A stretch of DNA of 64,000 nt from Phoronis australis. Taxonomy: Eukaryota; Animalia; Phoronida. The position numbers were made by a program, and so were the translations under genes. The stretch's first letter is position 1; each line of letters opens with the position of its first letter. Below the pieces are notes generated by a model, which saw only the letters and a program-made list of their open reading frames with translations, was not told where the DNA came from and did no database searches. This document shows, piece after piece, positions 53,601 through 64,000 of the stretch. Location of the stretch: NCBI GenBank assembly GCA_002633005.1, contig NMRA01000359.1, forward strand, positions 275,438 through 339,437, written 5' to 3'.

Positions 53601-56600
53601 GTTCCTGGTTTTGGATGGATTGTATGATTTTGCACCATCTAGTTTCCATTTTTATGATACAAATAAACAACCCTAAAAGCACACCATTTGCAGTGCATTC
53701 ATGGGCGCATTTCAACGCTCCGCGTTGCTCTTGTTTTTATTTTAATAAACCACTGGTTGTGCAGTTTTGCAGTTTTGGTAATTTGGCTAAACGGAGAAGT
53801 TGCAGCAACATTAAACACCTGGAATAAACCACACTTTGTTCCAATTAGATTTTACTTTCTATGTTAAAGCCTAATGTTGCTTTGTTATAATTTAGATTTA
53901 TTGTGCAAAGCCTTGGCAAAGTGAGATAAGTCGAGCTTAATCACTCAAATTTAGGTCTGTGAAGTTGCCATTTCGTGCCATATTGCGTCACCGTGAGATC
54001 CTAGCACAAACAACAAAAGGCTGATAGCAGTTGTATTGAATAGGAGTCTGAATAGAACACCATTTTCTGTGGGTGTCGTTTGTAGGTGATTCTTGTGGTG
54101 AAGTAGACAAAAGTAATCCAATAAGCCAAATAATCATTGCATTTTTCAATTTATGGCCTTGGTGGGCTCAGAGCAGTGGTGTTACCACACTGTAGGAACG
54201 AAATATATTGTTCAAGATAAGCTTTAATGTGTCACTGACATGCCATATAAAATTACACTGGCGCACCAACTTTAAGTACACGTACATGAACTAAGCTGTG
54301 GTTTCGCTGGCAGGTTATCCAGTCATGTTGAAGGCGTCAGCTGGAGGTGGCGGTAAAGGTATGAGAATAGCCTGGAATGACGAGGAGACAAAGTGAGTAC
54401 TGGGGTGTACTTGGGCATTGTGGTGTCAGCTCGAGGTGCGCTGAATGTGTTTATAGAGACCCGAGGGAAATCTGCCGAAGCAAACCCAATAAATTAATTT
54501 TTTTGCACTTGTAGTTTAGTAAATTCCGTTTTGTTTTTTCCAAAAACCAGTCGTACTTTCTGTCAGTACCAACTTGGTGAATCCTGTCTTTGACGGCCGA
54601 AGTTTTCAGTTGTTTCCAAGCCCAAAAATTACTTCTAGTCAGAGTTACGAACATGTTAGGATTTGTGTTCCAGTGACGAGCGGTTAAATTCAAGAGTTAA
54701 TGATTCTGATGTTGGAAATAACTGCTGGACTTTAAAACAACAAAGCTAGTGAGAAGTTATATGGTAAGGTGACTGATTCGAAGTTAATTTGGTGTGAAAC
54801 AATTTTAAACAAGGCATTGGAAATCCTAGCATCTTACATTCTTCTTAGGGGAGTGTTCAAACTATTTTTCTGTTGTAGGTCTGCTTTCCGTTTCTCATCA
54901 GAAGAAGCTAAATCCAGTTTTGGCGATGACAGGTTGCTTATCGAAAAGTTTGTCGATAATCCAAGACACATTGAAATCCAGGTAATGTAATAGTTGTCTT
55001 CTTATCAGATAGGTTGGTTCTTATGTTTGCAAAATCGCAGTTAACCTTCCCCTGTTGTATTTAAATTAAATTTGTTTGGACACTTTTGACAATTCACTAG
55101 ATGTTTGATCAATTTAAGTGTTTTTCTGAACATTTCGATTACTACTCATGACTGTTTAAAATCCTTCTCAACAGGTGCTTTGTGACAAGCATGGCAATGC
55201 TATATACCTAAATGAAAGGGAGTGTTCAATTCAAAGGCGAAATCAAAAAGTTATTGAAGAAGCGCCAAGGTGGGTCATCGTCGTTATATACCTGAGCTTC
55301 ATTCATTTGGTATCACTTATTTTAATTTGTAATAAAAGTTCAAGGCATTATAATTTGCATAAGATTGTTAGGTGTGTCCTTTCCTTGACAGTTGGTTAAA
55401 CTAATTTAGATGTTAGTGATAAATATGAGATTCCTTTCACTAAAAAATCCCTTGTAGTGTATAAATTTGATTGTAGTTGTTGTCAAGCAACTTCTATTGG
55501 CATGGCAACTCGCCACTTGACTACAAGGATGAAGGAACTCCACACACACACATCTTTAGACACTTGGAAAACAGTGTTGCTTGTAGAGAGGCTGTGGGGA
55601 ACACAGCTTTACGATTAATGGCAGTGATACTAATTACTATCGCTTGAAACTATCGCCGTTCACATTCAGTGTTCGGAAATGCCCTCACTCAGTGCACAGG
55701 TTTTTCATGAGTTGTTGACACTGTTACCTGAGTTGTGATTCGCTGATTGCTAGCCAATCCTGTTTGGTATTTTTGCGTGTTTTGGAATTGTGTATTATAC
55801 CCGCAGCCATCCAAGCATCCATTCTCTGAATGTAGCTTGGCAATGGTGTTTTTTACCATCGAAACATGTCGCTACATTTTAGAATTGAATCAAAGTAGTT
55901 CTTTTTATTCAAACATTACATGTTACACTGATCATCATTTAATTACAAAACTGTTCAAATTTCAGACTACTGGTTCTCTTGCGCTCATTACCCCCACTTG
56001 TATGGTTGATTCTCTCCATTCCAGCACATTTCTGGACCCAGACACCAGAAAAGCGATGGGTGATCAGGCGGTCGCCCTCGCTCTTGCCGTTGGCTACGAC
56101 TCTGCTGGCACGGTAGAGTTCCTTGTTGACTCTAAGAAGAACTTTTACTTCCTGGAGATGAACACCCGCCTACAAGTGGAACATCCAATCACAGAGTGCA
56201 TCACTGGTGTTGACCTTGTCCATCAAATGCTGAGGTCAGCAAAAGGTCAGTCAATGGAGAATTCAACGACATGGCTTTTCCAACAGTTTGCAACTACTGG
56301 TTGCGTTTGTTTTACTACCCTACTAGTTGTCCAATTTGCTCATGTTATGACGCGTATGACACAAAAGGTTATTAAAAAGCCAACTGTTTGGGCGTGATCT
56401 TCGTTCTTCCTCCATAACTTTTGCTACCTGTACCGGTCTGCCACGACAATCCAGAACTCACAAGGTGTTCTGAGTGATGCGTGATAATCAATGATATCCT
56501 TCTGGCACTCTTTACTGCAACCTTCAAATGTCAAAGCTGGGTACATTTACTTGTTTCTGTTCGGGGATTTCATTTATTGCATTTTTCAAATGCTTTGTGG

Positions 56601-57187
56601 GATGTTGCGGTAGTTGGTTTATAAACACCCGGTGACGTCACAGATAACGTGGTGACATTCAAACAATGATAAAAAGCACTTGTCACTTGAGTGCACAAAA
56701 GCAGTGGCTGAGTGCAACATGGTTTTCGTTGTGAATACAACTAGGCGAATTTACAAAGTTACAAGATGAAATGCATCGAGTTGATACATGAATTAGTAAC
56801 ATTTTGTGCGAAAGATTCTCGTGGCACCCACATTCAGACCATGTCAGAGTTACCTAAAACATCACCTGAAATGCAAATTATCCATCAGGTTGCACATCTC
56901 CAAGTTATTTCTGACGTCACCAGATGTTTACGAGCTAACAACCATCCTACAACGCATTTGAAAAACGACAACAATGCTGTAGATAAAGTCCCACAAATTT
57001 CTACTATATGTTCCATTAATCGACTGTTGTGTCTTTAGGTCTGCCCTTGCAACTGAAGCAGAGTGACATTGGTATTGATGGTTGGGCGTTTGAATCGCGT
57101 GTCTACGCTGAAGACCCGTTCAAGAGCTTTGGACTGCCATCTGTTGGCAGACTTAGTCAATATGTTGAGCCTCTTCACATTCAAGGA
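47642..57187 (+). CDS. PCCA: Propionyl-CoA carboxylase alpha chain, mitochondrial (biotin carboxylase domain); 5' part, 11 exons, gene continues beyond the window
   Basis: Exons 47642-47719 ([18 protein letters not shown]..., transit-peptide-like; an alternative in-frame ATG is at 47633), 48673-48774 (..HDPNEA), 49201-49317 ([14 protein letters not shown]), 49994-50107 ([17 protein letters not shown]), 50605-50658 ([11 protein letters not shown]), 51297-51465 (MGDKIESK), 54314-54392 ([18 protein letters not shown]), 54879-54981 ([22 protein letters not shown]), 55175-55269 ([18 protein letters not shown]), 56025-56245 ([16 protein letters not shown]), 57039-57187 ([17 protein letters not shown]). 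DPNE, DKIESK, RRNQK and FGLPS favour PCCA over MCCC1 or pyruvate carboxylase. Confidence 0.93.
50179..50313. mobile_element. Small MITE with duplicated right end
   Basis: catgggcgacgca ... tgcgccgcccatg TIRs. The right-end sequence tttcagtgctgcgccgccYatg occurs twice (50219-50240 and 50292-50313). Flanks are TTAGT / TTAAT. Confidence 0.55.
51665..53733 (+). mobile_element. Non-autonomous Helentron-associated element (HINE/DINE-1-like) with internal satellite array
   Basis: 5' subTIR atgcgccca in a near-perfect hairpin (atgcgcccacatat-tt-atatgtggacgcat, 51670-51699), followed by a (GTCC)n/(GGGC)n microsatellite at 51713-51752. Internal ~142-bp repeats, 3' subTIR tgggcgcat at 53702-53710 and 3' hairpin caacgc-tcc-gcgttg at 53713-53727. 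Both flanks are T-rich. Confidence 0.8.
52009..52977. other. Assembly gap (969 N) inside a tandem-repeat array
   Basis: Run of N. Sequence at 51839-52000 recurs almost identically at 53066-53227. Confidence 0.98.
55418..55900 (+). mobile_element. Penelope-like element 3' remnant (GIY-YIG endonuclease fragment plus tail)
   Basis: From ~55418 reads [40 protein letters not shown]. After frameshifts it reads [19 protein letters not shown] and [16 protein letters not shown]. This fits the PLE GIY-YIG pattern VVYxFxCxxCxxxYIGxTxRxLxxRxxEH...H...PxLNxQ. Confidence 0.8.
55829..55878 (+). ncRNA. Degenerate minimal type I hammerhead ribozyme motif of the Penelope remnant
   Basis: Stem I aatgtagc/gctacatt, stem II tggt/acca, GAAAC at 55861-55865, palindromic ACATGT stem III and GTC at 55868-55870. 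The CUGANGA box reads ttggcaa (mutated). Confidence 0.55.
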
Positions 57188-58009
57188 GTGAGTAGCTTCT
57201 ATTCCTGTTGAACCAGGGGAACATGGTATCACCCTGACTCCTGGTTTAGCATTGAGGATAACTTCATTGAAAGACCTTCACTAGAATATTCTCCAGTCGT
57301 ACCTCATTACAAAACTGGTTTATATTGACTACTCACTTGTAATGTTCCGGAAGGTCCAATTTGATTATAGTTACAGTGATTTCCGGTCACCACAAACATC
57401 TGGGCAAGTTTCCGGTAGGATGATGCTCAATGGTGTATGATTCAGATCTGTTTAGTGGTATGTTCTATTGACCTTATCGAGTGACTTGTTCTATAATATG
57501 AAGTTAGTAGTGAATTGTTAGCTGTTAGCTATCGTGGACATTGTCATGTTAATGTAGCTGGGTTCACTTGCATTATTTACGCTTATGCAAGGCTGCCATC
57601 TGGTGGTCAGTTGAGTTAGTCTTTGGAAGACTGAATTGTGATTACGTGGCAACTTAGCATTGTGAGGTGTCATCCCGCTTTGTTAATCATGTCAAAATGT
57701 TGAATGCGGAATTATGGAAGCAATTGAAAACCAACAAATTGGTACGTAACAAAAGTGGGAAAAGGAATTCACCACATTTTGTGGGGCTGACAACAGTGAG
57801 AAGCCTAGCACCTACAACATCAGCGTGTCATCCACTGACTGAGGAGAAATCAACTGTGCTAACCACGATACAGCGATGTGGCAAGCTGGATTTTGTTCTT
57901 GTTTGTTTCATCATATAGTGTCACGTGATTTTTTCCCGCCAGATGTGAATTTTAATTTCTGAAAATTTTCCACCTAATTTTGACGAGAAACAAGGCATAA
58001 TTTCAAACC

Positions 58010-58779
58010 ATGGAGGATGAAAACAGAAAAAGGAACGCCAGCACCGAAAGCACTGCTCTAAATGTGATTTCTAAGAAGATTTTAGAAGTATTACCCCAGT
58101 CCATGAGTCAGATCGCAGTACATGTGAAAGTGATCCTGAAATCCTGAGGTTTCAAAAGGCACTTACATCGCCAGAAGTGATCAAAACTTTGAGAGAGTAA
58201 CTAATAGATCCTGCCCTAATCGAGATTAAGAGCTTCTATGAATCCAAACTAAAGGAAAAGGACGGCCAGATTCATGACCTCAAAGTGCAAGTGAGTGACC
58301 TTCAAAATAGTGTGGACAGTCTCGAGCAATATTCTCGTCGAAATAACATAGTAATCCACGGAATCAACGAGCCAGATAACGAACGCAAAGGGGACACAGA
58401 TAAAGCTGTTATTGATTTCGGCAAGAAGCTTAATATCGACATCAGTTACGAAGACATATGTAGATCCCATAGACTAGTACCCAAGAAACCCAATCAGTCA
58501 AGGCCAATCATATGCAAATTCATAGCTTACAACACCCGTGCGATGTTTCTCCACCATAAAAGTAAACTCAGATTCCAAGACAGACCACTGTACATTAACG
58601 AAAATTTGACCAAAAGAAGATCCAGTCTATTTGCTCGATGTCGGCGCCTCGTGAAGTCACACACAATAAACAGAACCTGGACCCATGATGGAAACATTTT
58701 GATTCAACTGAAAGACAGCAAGATCAAGCAAATCTCTTCCGAGACAGACTTACTTGTGCTCAAAAACTGTGAACTATAG
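58010..58779 (+). pseudogene. LINE ORF1 (coiled-coil plus RRM, L1-ORF1/Transposase_22-like), disrupted
   Basis: ATG at 58010 (MEDENRKR), a frameshift near 58080-58110 and an in-frame TAA at 58198-58200. Then LKVQVSDLQNSVDSLEQYSRRNNIVIHGI...RSHRL...RPIICKF...LYINENLT...TWTHDGNI, typical ORF1p motifs. Confidence 0.85.
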
Positions 58780-60098
58780 TCTGTACTCCGCATCAATTGG
58801 CAAGTATGATTTGTAGAACGCAACACATATTATTCAATGTAAAATATGGCGTACTCCCTTAGTCAACTCTCGCCATGTTTGTTTACTCTTTTCTGGCGCA
58901 GCCCGAGTCTTTTTCACTCCGAGTCTACTCCTACAGGCCACCCATTAATAAACAAATTCTCGTCTTTAACCCACTCATCCGTTTACAGGTGCAGTGCTTA
59001 TATTGAAAGGGTTACATAAATAAGACGCGCCGTCATAGTGAGTATTACCTTCAGTCACACCATTATTTTCTGACTCCTAATTTACCCCAAATCCAAGTTT
59101 AGAGAAATTGCTTCATTGTGGTTACCAAAAGGCCAGTGCATACTCTCTTGGTACACGTTAACATAAATGTAGAGCCTACTAGAAGTGACAACGTGCCGAT
59201 GTATGCTTACAAGTCGTTCTGTTAAAAATCAGTGACCCAATAACATAACTATGTGCTCAAACAAAGCCAAACTGAGCTCTTGCCTATAAATTTTGATTTT
59301 GATATTGGCATGACAACTTTTGGCCCACGGGCAAACTCGGTGCAGCAAAAAGTACATCTCGCTTGAATTTTGATTTTGCAAGTGATAATGTACTTTAAAT
59401 GCTCTTCTGGGTCAATTAGCTACAGCCTACACGCATGGCTTCCCAATAACAATGAAACAACAAGGAGTAAAATCAGAACATCTTTTATCTTAGTAATGAT
59501 TATTTTTTTTAAAGTATTTCACGTCTCACATGTGTCATGATTATGAAACTACACTGAACTTGACAACTGTAGTTGTGTCATTCAGATACATGTACATGTA
59601 TGTTACCTCAATGATTCATTTTCATCTACAAGTGTGAATCAGTTCAGGAGTTAACTTTGCTTTTTAAGTTGTTCCAATTTTTATCACCATTAACGTTCAA
59701 GCTAAAAACGGCCAAACAAGTATCGTATAGTCTCAGAGCTCTATTTGACTCGGGCAGCGTCATGCATAATAACAACTTAATTGGCAATATATTTTCATCC
59801 CAAAGTACAGTATTAATGTTCTACATAATTATGTACAAATTGTTTACCCCGTTGACTCTCATCTATTTGAACTAATATCACATCCGTAGTACGCCAATCC
59901 ATTGCACTTGTTAATGTTACTAATCCATCAGTTTTATATTTGCAAGATTTAGCCTAACTCAATGTAATTAAATTAGTGGTGGTGGGAATTTTCATGCCTA
60001 CCCTAGTGTTTATAGCTTTTGTCCTTACTTCATTACTTTTAGTCTATTCACACACTTGTATATACTTCTTTTTCTCTTGTTAGATAAGCATATTAACT

Positions 60099-63000
60099 AT
60101 GAACTGTATGAATTTATCAGTATTTAACTACAGACATAATAATTGTAATTGTTCGGGTGTCTGGAAAACAAAAATACCCCACTGCTTTTCGTCTATTACG
60201 CTCGACCTCACTCTTCTACTGCGAAAACGACCCCGAACTGAGCACTTATGTACATGTAATGTTTACTGCACTATGAAGAACTCATGTTGTGATATTCGAG
60301 GTATCATTGAGCAAAGTCTTTTGGCTGCTGGTGACAGAGGTCAATCCAGGACCAGGCACTCAGGGTTTAGCCAGCTTCAAGGTCTTATTCACTAATATCA
60401 ACAGTATCAAGGCGAACAATCTTTCAAGATTTGATCTTCTCAAGCAAGTTATTACAGACAACCATTACATGGTCATTGCTATATGTGAATCTGGAACACT
60501 GTCCGAAGACAACCTCAGTGCACTTATTATTCCAGAATACCACATTGCCTACCACACTAACGTCGGGAGGGGGTTGATCTTGTTTGTGCACAACTCCGTA
60601 AATTACAAAACAATTGATGATAAAATTATACATTCAATGAGTAACTGTTGGATTGAACTTTACGTCAACCACAAAAAGGTATATTACGTTTTTTTCTATC
60701 GCTCACCCTCACAGACGTCCCATGAAAGGAAAGCATATTTCAAAACCTTTTCAGAGCAATTGCAAGAACTCTCTCAAACTAATAAAACAATTGTTATCAA
60801 CGGGGATTTCAACGCAAGAAATAGTACTTGGTACTCTGAAGACAATGACAACCAAGCCGGTTTCGAATTATTCGATATTCTCCTCACAAATGACTGTATA
60901 CAACTAATAAACGAGCCGACACGTTTAACAGAGTATTCACATTCTTGCCTTGATTTATGTGTAACAAACAATCTCGGATTAATTGAATCCACTTCTGTAA
61001 GGCCTCCCATTGGTAACTCAGATCACGTTATAGAAACAACATTCACACTCAACTGCGCACCTAAAGAACCAGACATTATGAAGAAGATCTGGAATTACAA
61101 CCTCATTAATATGGACAAACTGCGCTCTGACATAACCACATTCAACTGGACCGATATACTGAACAAAAGTGACATAAATGACGCAGTCTCAATATTCACA
61201 CAGTCACTCTACAACATATTAGATAATAATATCCCATCAACCATGAAAACAATAAAAAACAAGAACAAACCGTGGTTTAACAATAACATTAAGTCTGAAA
61301 TAAATAAAAGAAATAAACTGTACAGATCGTTCAGAAGATCAAATAACCCATGCACATTCAAGCGCTACAAAGAACAGTGCAAGAGTGTGGAAGAACTAAT
61401 TAAAAAGACAAAACAAGTCTATAAGATGAAAGGTATCTCCAATATCAAAAATGTCTCCAAAAATTCTAAGGAATATTGGGATATAGTAAACAAATTTCGA
61501 GGACAGGTAAAGCAATCATCATACCCCACCATCCACTCAAAAGAATCCAACTCTCAGACGTCATCCAGTGCCGATAAATGTATCTTATTTCTAGACTACT
61601 TCAATGCCAAGAGTCACATTGCACCAACAATAAACTATCCAGAATTCCCAAACAGAACATTAGAACACCTCTCTTACATAGAAGCCCAACCATCTGAAGT
61701 CAGAAAACTACTAGAAAACATTGACGAAAACAAAAACGAGGGTACCAATCTCATAACCAATAAAATGATCAAGATAATAGCAAGAGAGCTTACACTTCCT
61801 CTGACAACATTATACAACAAAATACTACAATCTGGAAAATTTCCTTCGAACTGGAAGCTTGGCGTTATGATACCAATACACAAAAAGAACTCCAAAACAG
61901 ACATTGCCAACTATCGCCCCATAACTACTTAACACCTTATCCAAAATTTTAGAAAAAATTTCTCAGCACATGTTTGACCACCTCTCTTCCCAAAACCTCA
62001 TATATCGTCGCCAATTTGGATTCATGCCTGGTAACAGCACTGTGTCGCAACTTACAGAAATTGTACACGACATCCACCTCCAGTTTGAGAAAGGGTACAA
62101 CGTGAGATCCGTATTTTTAGACATTGCGTCAGCTTTTGATGTCGTTCCCCATGACCTGCTTCTACATAAATTACAATCTTACGGTTTCTGAGGCACTCTT
62201 CTCTTACTTTTAAAATCATATCTGGAAAATCGAACTTACAAAGTCCGAATTGAGGGTGTCTTATCACCTTCATCAACGCCAGGTTTCGTAAATGCTGGAG
62301 TACCACAGGGTAGCGTACTAGGCCCCTTACTCTTTTTACTGTACATCAATGATCTTCCAGACACGATAAGCTCTAAAACATTCTTATATGCTGATGACAC
62401 TGCAATATTCCACCCATTCTCAAAAGAGCATCCCCATGACTCCTTACAATTGCAAACTGACCTTAACAAACTCTATGACTGGTCTCACAAATGGAAGATG
62501 AAATTTAAACCTGAAAAAAGTGTTGATCTTATATTTTCTAAGTCTAATAATACTCATTTCCAAACAAATCCAACACTGGAATTATCACTCAATGGGGAAG
62601 TTATCCCCAATAAGTTCACGCACAAACATCTTGGCTTGCTACTCGACCATAAGCTTACATTTACTCCTCATTGTCGCGAACTCGTTCAAAAAGTACAAAA
62701 ATTAATTAATCCAATTAGAATTATCTCTCGTCATCTCAACTCCATGCATCTTGAAACTCTGTTCAAGTCTTTTGTACTTCCACATCTAGATTACTGTGAC
62801 ATAATCTACCAATCGGCAAACGCTGGCATACTTCTCCAATTAGAAAGACTACAATACCAAGCAGCTTTAGCCATAACTGGGGCATACAAAGGGTCCAACA
62901 CAATCAAGGTTCTAAATAGTCTTCACTGGAGCAAACTAGCAACCCGTCGTAAACTCCACCTGTCCATGTATACATTCAAAGTCTTAACCAACATAAACAA

Positions 63001-63617
63001 TTTCTCTAACAAAATCCTCTTTGACTCCTACAAAAGACCAAGCACGAGACCAGGACTCCGGCAAAGCAATATGTATACTATTCCAGCCTCCATCAGCCAA
63101 GCCTTCAGAAGATCAACGATATTAACTTTTATTGACAACTGGAATTCCTTACCATTCAAAATAAAAGAAAGCACTTCAATTGTCACTCTCAAAAATAACT
63201 TTAAAATGCATACCACTACTCCAGACTTGCCAGTCCCATTGACATCATTCCAACTTCCCCGCAACCATGAAATAACCCTATACAGATCAAGGTGTTGTCT
63301 ATTCCTAAACAACGAGAAATTTAGACATAATTTTAATAATATTTCGGCTCTGTGTTCCTGTGGAGATACCCAGACATATCCTCATGTTTTCTTTGCTTGT
63401 GAGGTATGCAAGGAGGAGAGGGTACAGCTCTTCCAGGCACTCGAACAATACCCCAATGTTTATAAAAAAATACTCTGAAATTCCGCAATTGTTCAACATA
63501 ATTAATTTCTTTCTAGTATATGGATGTCAAGAACTTAACTCAAACAAAAGTATGGGTTTATTTGAAATAGTATCAGAATTTCTTTATAACATTAAATCTC
63601 TTTGTGTGAGTGGATAG
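60099..63617 (+). pseudogene. LINE ORF2: leader, 2A-like motif, AP endonuclease, reverse transcriptase and C-terminal CxC..H..C knuckle; disrupted
   Basis: APE motifs NINSI, ICES, GDFNA, CLDL, SDH. RT motifs NYRPIT, QFGF, FLDIASAFD, GVPQGSVLGPLLF, YADD (62387-62398), HKHLG. C-terminus LCSCGDTQTYPHVFFAC. Lesions: frameshifts at ~60336, ~61927 and ~63470, and TGA at 62189-62191. Confidence 0.92.
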
Positions 63618-64000
63618 AATTTTATACATCTGTATGAAAATGAATTATTTTCATTCGTTGTCATATATCATTGCATTCTTAACATCAGTTTTTTTATTTA
63701 TGTATTCGTATATAATCATTGTATATAGACTTCTTTGTACTTTTTTACCCAGATCTAATGCCTCTTGGCGCTTTCTGGGTTATGTATATTCATTGTATTC
63801 TGAATATTTCGTAATAAACATTAAAAAAAAATCATAGTGTTATGCAAAATTGATTTTTTAAAGTTTTTACTCGCAAAACAAGGATTCTATTGTGAAAGTT
63901 ACAGTCACATTATGTGCCAAACGGGTTGGCAACCCTGCCAGTGTTCTTGCATAACCTTCAGTTCTTATGTTAACATTTTCTGCATTGCTGATTATGCATT

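Larger units (their letters stand above)
57922..63831 (+). mobile_element. Full-length, decayed non-LTR retrotransposon (APE + RT, CR1/L2-group-like) in a PCCA intron
   Basis: ORF1, a long spacer, ORF2, a 3' UTR stem-loop (acccaga...tctgggt 63747-63780), AATAAA at 63813-63818 and A9 at 63823-63831. Imperfect TSD: tcatatagtgt (57911-57921) versus tcatagtgt (63832-63840). The clade assignment is tentative. Confidence 0.9.

Noticed and set aside
57380-57780. HHKHLG and QKWEKE-like peptide fragments suggesting older LINE debris
   Set aside because: Too short and isolated to support a call.
60330-60345. Programmed +1 frameshift at the 2A-like motif
   Set aside because: There is no slippery site, the motif lacks its I/V residue without restoring 2 nt, and the element has other ordinary frameshifts, so decay is the simpler explanation.
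61674-63499. Minus-strand ORFs over the LINE, and the many short antisense ORFs over USP9X/PCCA exons
   Set aside because: Shadow ORFs of real coding sequence on the other strand.

Overview
Eukaryotic (intron-rich, probably invertebrate) genomic DNA, not prokaryotic. The window holds two divergently transcribed spliced genes. (1) A complete USP9X/fat facets deubiquitinase gene on the minus strand: ATG 46527-46529, TAG 3651-3653, 56 coding exons reconstructed by hand, 7500 nt or about 2499 aa. (2) The first 11 exons of a propionyl-CoA carboxylase alpha (PCCA) gene on the plus strand from 47642, continuing past the window end. Their 5' ends appear to share a promoter region of about 0.4 kb. The introns carry several mobile elements. 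These include a full-length but decayed ~5.9 kb APE/RT non-LTR retrotransposon whose ORF2 begins with a frameshift-broken 2A/StopGo-like motif (LLAAGD.EVNPGP), and a Penelope-like GIY-YIG remnant followed by a degenerate minimal hammerhead ribozyme fold. Also present are a Helentron-associated (HINE/DINE-like) element with a satellite array across a 969-N gap, a 2.3 kb element with ~400-bp inverted repeats, several short-TSD MITEs and a LINE 3' tail. All calls come from reading the sequence; no database searches were run.
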